64,000 nt of DNA from an uncultured Planctomycetaceae bacterium (GCA_963833985.1 CAWIAD010000002.1:2912001-2976000), one strand, 5' to 3'. Shown: positions 48,174 through 59,004, counted from the first letter of the stretch. Translations and numbers: made by a program. Notes: generated by a model from the sequence alone, not told the origin.

Positions 48174-49386
48174 CTCGCTTCGCGTGAGGAATCGCACGGA
48201 CCATCGCGGCCACCAGCCAGCAGAGAGGCACCGCGAACGCGGTCAGGATGGCGAATTTCAGGACGGCGATGGTATGCAGCCAGCGCAAGGCGTAGCCCAG
48301 GCCGACGAGTACCAGGGGATGGATGATGTAGACTGCATAGCAGTGCGCGGACATGAAGGAGGCGAGCGGTCCCTGGTGGTTCACTTTCTGATGGTACAGC
48401 ACGAGCAGGGCCACGATCACCCCGGCGGCGAAGAGCGACTCCCAGATCGCATAAGCGGACGGAGCCCAGGTGCGGGTGTTCGCCGCAAAGACGGTTCTGG
48501 CCAGGACGGCCACCAATGCGACCAACAGCGTTGCGACCAGGGCCTGCGCCAGTCCGTACCAGCCCGCCGACACGGGAAGGGCCTGCGCCCAGCCGCGCCG
48601 GCACGCGACGAGTCCGACGACGAAGAGGGTGGCGTACTGCGGCATGTACGCAGGCGTGGGCAGGCCCAGGATGGGCCAGAATTGTCCGGCGGGCACGACT
48701 GTGCGCCAGAGGCACGTGAGCAAGGCGAGCGTCAGCGAATAACCGAGAATGGCAGCCATGAAATGCCGGGCCGGCCGGGTGCGTGCGGCGGAGGCCGGAG
48801 GAGCGACGGCACACCGAGGCAGGAAACGGCGAGCCAGAGCATAGACGGCGCAGAACACCAAAAGGACTTCAACGAACCAGAGCGGCCCGGGATTCCACGA
48901 GCTGAGGTAGAACCGCCAGTAAGAAAGCTCGGCTCCCTTCGCCGCGGCCTCGGCACTCACGCTGGCGTACCTGCGAGCCTCGAGGACCGGCCGCAGCAGG
49001 AAGGCAAAGAGCGCCAGGGGGATGCCCAGACGGATGAGCCGGTCCCGCAGGAACTCCCGGCCGCCCTTGTGATCGTACGAGGTCGGGACGAAATAGCCTG
49101 AGAGCAGGAAGAAGAAGCCCATGAAGAACGACTGATCAAGGATCAGGAGGACGTCCAGGATCACGCTGGAGCGGTCCGTCGGCGGCTCGTTGTAGTACCA
49201 CAACGGGATGTCGCTGTAACCGACCGCGGCGTGGTGAACGACCACGAGCACGGTGAGCAGGATGCGCAGATTGTCGATATACGGGATCCGTTGCCGGGAG
49301 GTCCCACCACCCGCCGGCGCCGGGGTGGCGACGACGGCAATGCCCTCATCGACGGTCAGGGGCAACTCGCTGAGCTCGTTCATCAA
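48166..49386 (-). CDS. Acyltransferase family 3 membrane protein (MdoC/OpgC-like)
   Basis: YIDNLRILL..VVHH; SFFMGFFFLLSGYF; RLIRLGIP; GPLWFV; YAVYIIHP; about 10 TM segments. Confidence 0.9.
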   Translation of the reverse strand: MMNELSELPLTVDEGIAVVATPAPAGGGTSRQRIPYIDNLRILLTVLVVVHHAAVGYSDIPLWYYNEPPTDRSSVILDVLLILDQSFFMGFFFLLSGYFVPTSYDHKGGREFLRDRLIRLGIPLALFAFLLRPVLEARRYASVSAEAAAKGAELSYWRFYLSSWNPGPLWFVEVLLVFCAVYALARRFLPRCAVAPPASAARTRPARHFMAAILGYSLTLALLTCLWRTVVPAGQFWPILGLPTPAYMPQYATLFVVGLVACRRGWAQALPVSAGWYGLAQALVATLLVALVAVLARTVFAANTRTWAPSAYAIWESLFAAGVIVALLVLYHQKVNHQGPLASFMSAHCYAVYIIHPLVLVGLGYALRWLHTIAVLKFAILTAFAVPLCWLVAAMVRAIPHAKRVI

Positions 49387-49480
49387 GAGGCCTCCACCTG
49401 CGCACGTGGACCTGCTTGCTCGCGCCTCGGTCCACGCAGCAACCCTTGCACCTGACTTCAGGAAACGACGCTGAACTGTT

Positions 49481-50436
49481 TCAGATCACCGGGCCATTGA
49501 GCGGGTCGGCTCCGGTCGGATTCTGGCTGAGCGTCTGCTGTCGGAGCGCGGCGGCGCCAAGCAGGCCGCCCAGTCCCATGGATTCGACAGCCGTGCTGGG
49601 CACGAGCATCAGCGCACCCTTCTCCTTGAGCCCCTCGTAGAGGATGTTCATCGGCGCAGGTGGAGCGCGGTCGGATTGTGCTCGTACGACTTGGCGGCCT
49701 CGGAGAAGAGCTGGGCGATCTCCACCTCGGCCTGGCCGAGGATGATCCGCGCCTCCTTCTCACGCGCGGCCTGGGCCTCCCGCGACATGGCGTCCTGCAA
49801 GGACTCCGGGATCACCACGTCGCGCATCTCGACCGATTGCACGGTCACGCCCCAGGGGTTCGACCGCTCGTCGATCAGCTTCTGAAGCTGTGCCTCGATC
49901 TGCTCCCGCCCGCGCAGCAGCACGGTTAGCGGTGTGCGGCCAATGATGTCCCGAAGCGCCGTCTGCGCCGCCCAGCTCACAGCGAGCTTGTAATCCTGGA
50001 CCTCCAGCGCCGCCTTCTCGGGGTCGTACACCATCCAGAACATCACGGCGTCCACATTCACCGGCACGGTGTCCGAGGTGAGCGTCTGCTCGGCCGCGAA
50101 GCTGGTGGTGATGATCCGCTGATCGATCCAGGAATTGACCTGCTCGAAACCGGGGATGATCCAGAACAGTCCCGGCCCGTGCAAGCCGCTGTACTTGCCC
50201 AACCTCAGGACCACCGCCCGCTCCCACTCCTGGGCGACCTGGGGCCCGAGCGCCGCAATCCATCCCATGAGCCACCCCACGGCGATCGCCCAGCGATTGC
50301 CCCAGAACACGAAGATCTCGAACCCCAGGCCCGCGCCGGCGACAAGCAAGAGGAGCGCGATGACGTTGAACTGCGGCAGCCCGATCGAACCGCGACGCGT
50401 CCTCAGACCCTCGGCAATGCTTGTTCGGCTAGTCAT
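49481..50436 (-). pseudogene. SPFH/stomatin (slipin) family protein, 1-nt frameshift near 49652 (possibly a sequencing error)
   Basis: WERAVVLRLG; GPGLFWIIP; AQTALRDIIG; WGVTVQSVEMRDV; AQAARE. The C-terminus continues in another frame as (A)MNILYEGLKEKGALMLVPS to a stop at 49481. Confidence 0.85.
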
Positions 50437-50824
50437 CGGATTGTCCCCGTTTCATGTCGATCCAGCGCACTTGCAGGAAGTTGATCGCTTCATCCGCCGA
50501 GAACCCCAGCGAGGCGGCACCCGCCAGGAAGCCATCCGCGAGCTCCACGAGCAGCCGTTCGCGATCCGGCACTGTGGGACCTCGAACCCCGTCCTGCCGG
50601 ATGAAAGTCCCCACTCCCCGCCGTGTTTCGAGCACGCCGCAGCGCTCCAGTTCGCCATAAACCTTCGCCACCGTGTTCGCATTGATCTTCAGATCCACCG
50701 CCAGTTGCCGCACCGTCGGCAGCTTGTCTCCCACTTCCAGCCGCCCGGTCGAGATCGCCACCCGGATCGCTCGATCGAGTTGGGCATACAACGGGGTCGG
50801 GTCGTTTTCATCGATCGCGAACAT
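50429..50824 (-). CDS. GntR family transcriptional regulator, YtrA subfamily
   Basis: IDENDPTPLYAQL..GDKLPTVRQLAVDLKINANTVAKVYGELE..GVGTF with a short two-helix C-terminus. Confidence 0.93.
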   Translation of the reverse strand: MFAIDENDPTPLYAQLDRAIRVAISTGRLEVGDKLPTVRQLAVDLKINANTVAKVYGELERCGVLETRRGVGTFIRQDGVRGPTVPDRERLLVELADGFLAGAASLGFSADEAINFLQVRWIDMKRGQSDD

Positions 50825-50937
50825 GGCCGGATCAGATTCCTCGGTGCTTCGTCTATCCTGGTTGGTGATGCCGAACTCGATCGCGCAGGGAAGGACCGGC
50901 CTGGAGCGAATCGCGCACGTCGACCGAAGCGCCGTCA

Positions 50938-51969
50938 TCACGGTTTCGGCTCCGACAAGGCAAGGTCAATGAATCGGGGTAGCATCGCCGTCAGCTCGCT
51001 CGAGAACCTTCCGGGGGCGACGGGTTCAATTCGTCCGACGATGGGCCGGAATCGAGGGGCCTCGATCACAGCCTGGTCCGACACGAGCGAGTGACGGGCC
51101 CGTAATGCGGTCGTTCCCTCGCGACCGGTCAAGCGAATCAGGCTGTGCTGCTCGAGGGCCGGTTGCTCGCGGAAGGTGCCCACCCGCAGTCGTACCGCGA
51201 GCGCGACGTCCGCACGCGTCTCCGCAAGGATCCGCGCCTCGGCCATTGCCCGAGCCTGCCGGCTGCCTTGCAGGACGCTCAGGCCCGGCGCCGCAACGGT
51301 CCGTGTGTGCAGAACGGTTCCCGTATCGGTACCCAGTGGATTGAGCATCATCAGTGGCGACGACCTGGTCACGCTCTGCTTGGGCAGCTCACCATACCCG
51401 GGACTCGAATGCAATTCATCCGGAGAAACCACGACCAGCCCGCGCCCGCCGAGGTCTTGAACCAGGCTCTGGTAGAGATCGCCGGCCAGCGCTTGCTGTT
51501 GCTCCTGGGCCAGCCAGGAACTTCTCCGTCCAACGCCGATCAGCCTCATGACCAGGTGCACCGGATTAAGAGAGATCGGTGGCGGCCTGAGAATGAGCTG
51601 GCGCGGAGTGGGTAGTTGAAACTGGAAATCCACGAACTCCACGTCAAATTCCGTGACGACGACGCGCCGTCCCTTGCTGAGTGCGACTCGCGGATCTAAC
51701 TCACCGGAACATTTCCAGCAATCCGCCGGCAGCCCCGTTTGGTGAACGTGAGCCGGCACCTCGCAAGACACGGCCGCAGTCGAGGCATTCCCCATCATCT
51801 CCGAAGCGCGTCGAGGCGGACTGAAACAGCCCGGCACGAATGCCAGGATCAGTGGAACTGCCGCCCGGTGACATCGCAAACCAGAGCAGCCGCCTGCGCG
51901 GGCTCCGCGCGCGCGAGCGCCGGTCCCTCCATGTCTCCTGGTTGTGTCATTGAAATCTGATCGGCACAT
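50938..51969 (-). CDS. Hypothetical putative lipoprotein
   Basis: ATG after AGGGAGG; lipobox-like LILAFVPGC after a long basic leader; first gene downstream of the promoter at 52237. Confidence 0.6.
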   Translation of the reverse strand: MCRSDFNDTTRRHGGTGARARGARAGGCSGLRCHRAAVPLILAFVPGCFSPPRRASEMMGNASTAAVSCEVPAHVHQTGLPADCWKCSGELDPRVALSKGRRVVVTEFDVEFVDFQFQLPTPRQLILRPPPISLNPVHLVMRLIGVGRRSSWLAQEQQQALAGDLYQSLVQDLGGRGLVVVSPDELHSSPGYGELPKQSVTRSSPLMMLNPLGTDTGTVLHTRTVAAPGLSVLQGSRQARAMAEARILAETRADVALAVRLRVGTFREQPALEQHSLIRLTGREGTTALRARHSLVSDQAVIEAPRFRPIVGRIEPVAPGRFSSELTAMLPRFIDLALSEPKP

Positions 51970-52194
51970 GACGACCTCCCTGTGTGATTGTGCCATCCTG
52001 GCCATTTGTGCCCTTTGCGGCCCCGGAAACGGGTTTGTCGGCCGAGGGGCCGGTGAAAGCAAGCGTCTCCCCTTACAAAGACTCCGTAACAGGTGTTCTG
52101 AACCGGGCGCAGCAACATCCGCCAGGCCCCGCATTCCTGAAACGGATTCTCGCCTGGCCCTCACTTCAGAAATGGCAGAAGTCGTGGCTTGCCC

Positions 52195-52237
52195 ACTTGT
52201 CATATTAGAATAGTACAAGTCGGGGACAAGATGTCAA
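52195..52237 (-). promoter_or_regulatory. Sigma70-type promoter overlapped by a YtrA-type operator
   Basis: On the minus strand, TTGACA (52237-52232) is followed after 16 nt by TACTAT (52215-52210). The imperfect palindrome ACTTGTCATATTAGAATAGTACAAGT (52195-52220) covers the -10. Confidence 0.8.
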
Positions 52238-52514
52238 GGGCCTGTGATCTCATTCTGAAACTTCGGCACCAGGGCTCTCTGCGGATGAATGGCCGCGTTT
52301 TCTCAGCATCATCCTCTTACGCCAGCAGGCGACGCCCTGCCGCCACCTTCCGCCTCGGTGGGACAATCAAGGAGCCGTAAGGTATCGCCAGGACTGCCGT
52401 GGTCAGAGTGTTGAGACGCTTATCGAGCGGGTCTTGGATTGCTGGTGGCCGGAATTTAACATGGGAGCCGCCGGCGGAGGCAGGGCTCGGGATCGAACTC
52501 GCGGAGCACGCAGC

Positions 52515-54965
52515 ATGGGGCAACACCATCCGGTCGCTTTCTCTGGACAGAGCTGCTGGCCACGCATTCTCCCCGATGCGGCCATGGCGCTCTTGCTCGC
52601 GGCCGCTGGCTTGCTGGCGGGCGGGCCGTCCTCCGCACGTGAAGAGCCGGCGATGCTGGACCTGACGCGGGCCGTCGTGGTGACCGCACCTGGATTGTCC
52701 GGTCCCGAGCGCAAGGCGGTCGACCTGCTCGTGGAGGACGTGGCCCGGCGCTCAGGCGTGCGCTGGGACGTCACGTCGCAGTGGCCCTCCGGGCCGGCCC
52801 AGGTGATCGCGGTCGGGTCCCTGTCTCAGCCGCTCTTCGAGGAGGGCCGGCTGTCCAGGAGCGTCCGGGAAAAGCTGCGCAATCGGCCCGCGGAGGGCTT
52901 CCACATCCATCTCGATGGTTCCGGTCGGGCCTTGCTGGTGGCGGGCAACGATGCGCGCGGCATGCTCTTTGGCGTGGGCCGACTGCTCCGCGAATTGCGA
53001 ACCACCGAGGGTCATGTCCTGCTGCCGGCCGGCCTGAGCATCGACACCAGCCCGAGGTATCCGCTGCGCGGACACCAGCTCGGCTACCGTCCCAAGACGA
53101 ACTCGTACGACGCCTGGGACCTGCGGCGCTGGGAGCGTTACATCCGCGACCTGGCGATCTTCGGCGCCAATGCGGTCGAGCTGATTCCGCCCCGGTCGGA
53201 CGACGACGCCGAGAGCCCGCACTTTCCTCTGCCTCCCGAGGAGATGATGGTGGGCATGTCGCGGCTGCTGGACGCGTACGGGCTGGACGTCTGGATCTGG
53301 TATCCGGCCATGGACAGGGATTATTCGGATCCGGCGACGGTCGAAGCAGCGCTACGGGAGTGGGACGGCGTGTTCCGCAAGCTCCCCCGGCTGGACGCGG
53401 TCTTCGTGCCTGGTGGCGACCCTGGACACACCCCTCCGCCAGTGCTCATGCCCTTCCTGGCGAGCGTCGCGGAGGTGCTGCATCGCAGTCACCCTCGCGC
53501 CACGCTCTGGGTCTCGCCTCAGGGGTTCAACCAGCAGTGGCTCGACCAGTTCCTGGAAATCCTCAAACAGGAACCGGCATGGCTGGCCGGCGTGGTCCAT
53601 GGCCCGCAGGTCCGCATCAGCATGGCCGAGCTGCGCAAGGCGGTCCCTGCGCGCTATCCGATCCGCACCTATCCCGACATCACCCACTGCCAGCAGTGCC
53701 AGTTCCCCGTGCCGGACTGGGACCTGGCGTTCTCGCTCACCGAGGGCCGCGAGGCCATCAACCCTCGCCCCCGCGACGAGGCGGCGATCTTTCGCTATTA
53801 CCAGCCCGGCTCGATCGGCTTCATCACCTATTCCGAGGGCTGCAATGACGATGTCAACAAGTGCGTCTGGAGCTGCCTGGGGTGGGACCCCGATATGCCG
53901 GTCGAGGAGATCCTCCGCCAGTACACCCGCGCGTACCTGAGCGAGGAGCTGGCTGCGGGCTTTCCCGAGGTTCTGCTGGGGCTCGAGCGGAACTGGCGGG
54001 GTGCCGTGGCGGAGAACCGAGGTGTCGACCAGACGCTCGCGCAACTGGAGGAACTCGACCGGGGGACCCGTCTGCACTTACGCGGCAACTGGCGGTTCCA
54101 GCAGGGCCTTTACCGGGCCTGGTACGACTTCCACGTTCGATCGCGGCTCCTGATTGAGACACGGCAAGAATCTCGGGCGATGGAAGCGCTCGGGCGAAGC
54201 GGCAGTGTCGGCTCGGTGGAGTCGATCCGAAACGCGGAGCGCGCCCTGACACCCTCGGCGGAAGAGCCGACTCCCGGCAAGCCCTTGGTCCGCGAACTGG
54301 CCGAAGACCTCTTCGTCAGCATCCGCATGCAGCTCAGCGTCCCGCTCTACGACGCGATCGCCGTGGACCGTGGAGCGAACCTCGATACGATTGACGTCCC
54401 CCTGAATGATCGGCTCTGGTTGCGCGACCAGTTCGCCAGGATCAGGAGCCTCGCGACCGAGGCCGAGCGGCTGCGAGAGATCGAGGCGATCCTGCATCGT
54501 ACCGACGCCGGACCGGGCGGCTATTATGACGACCTGGGAAACCCGGGGTGCCAGCCGCACCTGGTGCGAACGAGCGAGTACGCGACGGACCCCGACTTCC
54601 GGCACTCCTCGCTGGTCGGTTTCGGCTCCCGGGCCGGCTGGCCGCTGGCCTGGTGCCAGAACGCACAGACGCTGCACGACGCACCACTGCGGATGCGCTA
54701 CGAAGATCTCCTGGGCAAAGCCCATTACAAGGTCCGCGTGGTTTACGCCGGCGACAGCTTCCGCAATCTGATCCGGCTCGACGCCGATGGACATGCCGTT
54801 CACGACTGGTTGAAGAAGCCCGATCCGCCGGTCCCGCTGGAGTTCGACGTCCCCCCGCAGGCCACCGCCGATGGCACGCTGGAGCTCACCTGGCGGCAAG
54901 AGCCCGGCAAAGGGGGAAATGGACGCGGCTGCCAGGTGGCCGAGGTCTGGTTGATCCGGAAATGA
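52515..54965 (+). CDS. Secreted glycoside hydrolase-like protein (GH20/GH67-type N-terminal domain, TIM barrel, C-terminal beta-sandwich)
   Basis: Signal peptide; PAEGF.I..LLVAGNDARGMLFGVGRLLR N-domain motif; PRYPLRGHQLGYR. Substrate unknown. Confidence 0.65.
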   Translation: MGQHHPVAFSGQSCWPRILPDAAMALLLAAAGLLAGGPSSAREEPAMLDLTRAVVVTAPGLSGPERKAVDLLVEDVARRSGVRWDVTSQWPSGPAQVIAVGSLSQPLFEEGRLSRSVREKLRNRPAEGFHIHLDGSGRALLVAGNDARGMLFGVGRLLRELRTTEGHVLLPAGLSIDTSPRYPLRGHQLGYRPKTNSYDAWDLRRWERYIRDLAIFGANAVELIPPRSDDDAESPHFPLPPEEMMVGMSRLLDAYGLDVWIWYPAMDRDYSDPATVEAALREWDGVFRKLPRLDAVFVPGGDPGHTPPPVLMPFLASVAEVLHRSHPRATLWVSPQGFNQQWLDQFLEILKQEPAWLAGVVHGPQVRISMAELRKAVPARYPIRTYPDITHCQQCQFPVPDWDLAFSLTEGREAINPRPRDEAAIFRYYQPGSIGFITYSEGCNDDVNKCVWSCLGWDPDMPVEEILRQYTRAYLSEELAAGFPEVLLGLERNWRGAVAENRGVDQTLAQLEELDRGTRLHLRGNWRFQQGLYRAWYDFHVRSRLLIETRQESRAMEALGRSGSVGSVESIRNAERALTPSAEEPTPGKPLVRELAEDLFVSIRMQLSVPLYDAIAVDRGANLDTIDVPLNDRLWLRDQFARIRSLATEAERLREIEAILHRTDAGPGGYYDDLGNPGCQPHLVRTSEYATDPDFRHSSLVGFGSRAGWPLAWCQNAQTLHDAPLRMRYEDLLGKAHYKVRVVYAGDSFRNLIRLDADGHAVHDWLKKPDPPVPLEFDVPPQATADGTLELTWRQEPGKGGNGRGCQVAEVWLIRK

Positions 54966-54992
54966 CCCAGAGTTCCAGGTCGGGAGGCGTCG

Positions 54993-56146
54993 ATGGCTGC
55001 GGAAAGCGAAGCGAAGCAAAGTCATCCGCGCGCGGCCCTGAGCCTGCCCGCGCGTTTTTACACGGACCCTGTCCACCACCAGGCGGAGCTGGAGCGGTTC
55101 TTCCTGGGCATGTGGGTGCACGCCGGACGCGAGGACGAGATTTGCTCATCCGGTGATTTCGTCCTGCGCGACATCGCGGGCGAGAGCGTGATCGTCACGC
55201 GTGCGGACGACGGAACCATTCGCGCATTCTACAACGTTTGCCGGCACCGGGGCACGCGGCTCTGCGAAGCGGCCGCCGGACGATTCGACGGCCTGATCCG
55301 CTGCCCGTACCATGCCTGGGCCTTCGATCTTTCCGGCCGGCTGGTGGCCGCACCCCAGATGCACGACCTCCCCGATTTTCGTCTCGAGGATTATCCGCTC
55401 GCCGCGGTGGCCGTCGAGCTCTGGGACGGCCATCTCTTCCTGAACCTGGGCGAGTCTCCCCGGCCGCTCACCGAGCAGCTTGGCGACTTGCCGGACAGGT
55501 TCCGGCCCTGGGGCATGGCGGGGCTCCGGCTGGTTCAGAGGACCGTCTACGATGTGGCCAGCAACTGGAAGCTGATCATCCAGAACTACTCCGAGTGTCT
55601 CCACTGCCCCGGCGTCCACCCCGCGCTCCAGCGATTGTCCCATTATCTCAGCGGGCAAAACGAGCCGGCGTGCCCGGGCTACCTGGGCGGCCGGATGGAC
55701 CTGCGGGAGGGAGTCGAGACGCTCTCCACCGGAGGCCGGCTCGTCGGCGCCTGGCTTCCCGGCCTGCCCGCCGAGGACCGGCGCCGGGTTTATTACTACG
55801 CCGTGCTGCCAAACCTGCTGCTGAGTTTGCATCCTGATTATATGGTGGCCTATACGCTCTGGCCGCGCTCGGTCGACCGGACCGAGATCGTCTGCGAGTG
55901 GCACTTCCATCCCGACGCAATCGCCGGGTCGGACTTCCGTCCTCAGGAAGCGGTTGCCTTCTGGGACATGACCAATCGCCAGGACTGGCACGTCTGCGAG
56001 CAGATGCAGCTTGGGCTCAGCTCGCGCGCGTACCGGCCCGGCCCGTACTCCGGCGCGAGGAGCTGTTGCACGCCTTTGACCAGATGATCGCGGGCGACTC
56101 GGAGACGGCCAGCAGCACCAGATCCCAGAAGAGAGGCCAGCCATGA
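54993..56146 (+). pseudogene. Rieske non-heme iron oxygenase alpha subunit (choline monooxygenase/GbcA-like), 1-nt frameshift near 56054 (possibly a sequencing error)
   Basis: NVCRHRG..CPYHAW Rieske ligands; NWKL..NYSECLHC..VH; QD. The tail continues in another frame as REELLHAFD to 56146, overlapping the next ATG (ATGA). Confidence 0.85.
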
Positions 56147-56694
56147 GCGACCTATCGCCGCGGCGCAGGGACGACGAGCTCCTGTTCGATCGGCAGATCG
56201 ATCCGTATCAACCCCCGGCCGATACCACCGGCGACGAACCGGTGCGATATCCCATGGAAAGAGCGGGGGCCGGAACACGCCTCCTGGGATTTGTGATTGA
56301 TTACATCGCACATATCGTGCTCTTGTTCGCTATCCTGTTTCTCGCAGGCTTCGTCCGGGCCGTGGTCAAGGGCGATGAGGACGCTGGCGACTTTCTCGGC
56401 GATCAGCTTGAGGGCGTCTTGAACCTGATCAGCGCGCTGGGGCTTTTCCTTTATTACGTGTTCTTTGAGGGGTTCTTCTCGCGGACCCTGGGCAAGTTCG
56501 TGACTGGCACGATCGTCGTACAACGTGATGGGTACCCGCCCTCATTCCGACAGATCCTGGGTCGAACGCTCGCCAGGTTCATCCCGTTTGATCCCCTGTC
56601 GTACCTTAGCTCCGGTTCGCGAGGCTGGCACGACAGCCTGTCGGGAACTTACGTGGTCATGCGCCGCAGGGCGCGGGGCAGGGGTGAGGAATGA
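56143..56694 (+). CDS. RDD family membrane protein
   Basis: AGAGTRLLGFVID..YYVFFEG..TLGK..RTLARFIPF..WHDSLSGTYVV. Confidence 0.9.
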   Translation: MSDLSPRRRDDELLFDRQIDPYQPPADTTGDEPVRYPMERAGAGTRLLGFVIDYIAHIVLLFAILFLAGFVRAVVKGDEDAGDFLGDQLEGVLNLISALGLFLYYVFFEGFFSRTLGKFVTGTIVVQRDGYPPSFRQILGRTLARFIPFDPLSYLSSGSRGWHDSLSGTYVVMRRRARGRGEE

Positions 56695-56725
56695 GCATTG
56701 GAAGTTGAGCTCTGATGCTTGCCGC

Positions 56726-56974
56726 TCAGGGGACCTCCTGGCGATCTCCGTCATTGCCGATGGCTTCCACGGGGCATTCCTCCAGCGCGGCCATGCACGC
56801 GGCGAGCTGGGAGGGGTCCTCCGGCTGACGGTAGACGTAGCTGTGGCCTCGCTCGTCGTTGCGCCGAAAGCTTCCGGGAGCCGTTTCCCGGCAGAGGTCG
56901 CAGTCGATGCAGGTGGCGTCGACGTAGAACGATCCGGGCGTGTTCTCGGCCAGCTTCTGGGATACCTCGGCCAT
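56726..56974 (-). CDS. Single-cluster ferredoxin
   Basis: FYVDATCIDCDLCRETAP..CPVEAIG. Confidence 0.9.
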   Translation of the reverse strand: MAEVSQKLAENTPGSFYVDATCIDCDLCRETAPGSFRRNDERGHSYVYRQPEDPSQLAACMAALEECPVEAIGNDGDRQEVP

Positions 56975-57033
56975 GGTGAAAACCAACGAAGAGGAGGGCA
57001 GGCGGAGTGTTCAAATCGATGAGAGTCAACCGG

Positions 57034-57960
57034 CTACACTTGCAGTTCGTTGCCGCTGAGCGAGTCCGCATCGGCGTTCTGTTCCTGCTGGCAGGCTTCC
57101 CAGTAGTAGAGGAAGACGAGGCAGTGAAAGAACACGGCGAAGACGCTGATCAGGCAATCGCAGACTTCGGCGACCGGGAAGACGTTGATCAGCCCCGCAA
57201 GTTCCACGAGTTTTGCCAGCAGCAATGAGAAGGCCATGATGAGGCCCATGGAGACCACAAAAACAGCAACGAGCCGCAGGCCGCGGCCAAAGGTCAATTG
57301 CGCACTGCGTCGACGCGCCGCGGCTGCACCCGCGCCCTCCAGGACGACGGCTTCGTCCAGAAACATGAAGCGGATCGCCAGCAGGATCCCCGGGACGATG
57401 AATGCAATGATCCCGACGAGCACGAGCAGCCCGGACATGAGTCGGGCCAGGAACAGTCGTCCCCAGTGATGCAAGCCAGCGCGCATTGCCTCCAGGTACG
57501 AGAGCCGGGCGCCGGCCATTCTGGCAGCCAGCGTGGTGATGATGGCGGCGGTGTAGATGGGCCCGAAGACCATTTCCACAAGCTGACCGAGCTGGAGCAT
57601 CTTGAGCGGGTCGGCCTGGTTCGGGTTCCCGGCCAGCGCCAGGTCGATGAGCGCGTGGCCGGGGATCCAGACCGTCAGCACCAGTGCGGCAAAGAGCGGG
57701 AGCTGGCCGAAGAGGAGCCGGAAGGCCATCACCAGCTTGCCGCCGAAGCCGGCCGGGATGGTTGCTTCCGGGGCGTTCTGCGGGGCCAGCGCCGGGCCGG
57801 GGGGTGCATAGGGGTTCTCGTCGTCCCGCTCCCAGCCGGCTGGCATGTCCGTATCGGAGGCAAGCCGGGCGCCGCAGTACGGACACTCGCCGCGGCCCGA
57901 GGCGATCTGTCCGCTGGTGAGCAGGGCACGGCAGGAAGGGCATTCCCGGTAGGTTCTCAT
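57034..57960 (-). CDS. Zinc-ribbon-containing membrane protein
   Basis: N-terminal CPSC..CPYC; ENPYAPP motif; about 6 TM segments. Confidence 0.75.
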   Translation of the reverse strand: MRTYRECPSCRALLTSGQIASGRGECPYCGARLASDTDMPAGWERDDENPYAPPGPALAPQNAPEATIPAGFGGKLVMAFRLLFGQLPLFAALVLTVWIPGHALIDLALAGNPNQADPLKMLQLGQLVEMVFGPIYTAAIITTLAARMAGARLSYLEAMRAGLHHWGRLFLARLMSGLLVLVGIIAFIVPGILLAIRFMFLDEAVVLEGAGAAAARRRSAQLTFGRGLRLVAVFVVSMGLIMAFSLLLAKLVELAGLINVFPVAEVCDCLISVFAVFFHCLVFLYYWEACQQEQNADADSLSGNELQV

Positions 57961-57999
57961 CGACGGAGCTCTTGGCGATGGCCGCGTTTCGGCAGAGGT

Positions 58000-59004
58000 T
58001 CACACCGTCCGGGCATTGATCCAGGGCATGAGCGCACGCAGCCGCTTGCCCACCTGCTCCACGGGGTGCTCGCGTTCGAGACGCTTGGTGGCATTGAACA
58101 CGGGGCGATTGGCCCGGTTCTCCAGGATCCACTCCCGTGCGAACTGCCCGCTACGGATCTCCTGGAGAATCTTCTTCATCTCGGCCCTGGTCTGCTCGGT
58201 GACGATCCGCGGGCCACGGGTGTAATCTCCGTACTCGGCCGTGTTCGAGATGCTGTAACGCATGTAGTTCAGCCCGCCCTGGTAGATCAGATCGACGATG
58301 AGCTTGAGCTCGTGGAGGCACTCGAAGTAGGCGCTCTCGGGCTGGTAACCGGCCTCCACGAGGGTTTCGAAGGCCATCTTGACCAGGGCGCTGACGCCTC
58401 CGCAGAGCACGACCTGCTCGCCGAAGAGGTCGGTCTCTGTCTCCTCCGCGAAGGTCGTCTGGAGCACGCCCGCGCGGGTTCCGCCGATGCCCTTGGCATA
58501 CGCCAGTGCCAGGGCCTTGCCCCCCGGAGAACAGGCCTCGGTGGTGGCGATCAGGCAGGGCACTCCGCCCCCTTTGACGAACTCGCTCCGGACGAGGTGG
58601 CCGGGCCCCTTCGGCGCCACCAGCGCACAGTCGACGCCCTCCGGCGGGACGACCTGTCCGAAATGGATGTTGAACCCGTGCGAGCAGAGCAGCAGGTTGC
58701 CCGGTTCGAGCTGCGGCTTGATGTCGCGGGCATAGACGTCGCCCTGAATCTCGTCGGGCAAGAGAATGTTGAGCAGATCGCCGGCGGCGGCGGCCTCGGC
58801 GGCGGAGACCGGCGTGAAGCCGTCACGAACGGCCGCCTCATGGTTGGCCGAACCGGGCCGCTGCCCGACCACGACGTCGCACCCCGAGTCTCGCAGGTTC
58901 AAGGCCTGGGCATGCCCCTGGCTGCCATAGCCGATGATCGCGATGGTCTTCCCCTTGAGCAGCGAGAAATCGGCGTCCTGATCGTAGTACATCTGGGCGG
59001 GCAT
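58000..59004 (-). CDS. ilvC: Ketol-acid reductoisomerase
   Basis: [45 protein letters not shown]. Confidence 0.97.
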   Translation of the reverse strand: MPAQMYYDQDADFSLLKGKTIAIIGYGSQGHAQALNLRDSGCDVVVGQRPGSANHEAAVRDGFTPVSAAEAAAAGDLLNILLPDEIQGDVYARDIKPQLEPGNLLLCSHGFNIHFGQVVPPEGVDCALVAPKGPGHLVRSEFVKGGGVPCLIATTEACSPGGKALALAYAKGIGGTRAGVLQTTFAEETETDLFGEQVVLCGGVSALVKMAFETLVEAGYQPESAYFECLHELKLIVDLIYQGGLNYMRYSISNTAEYGDYTRGPRIVTEQTRAEMKKILQEIRSGQFAREWILENRANRPVFNATKRLEREHPVEQVGKRLRALMPWINARTV

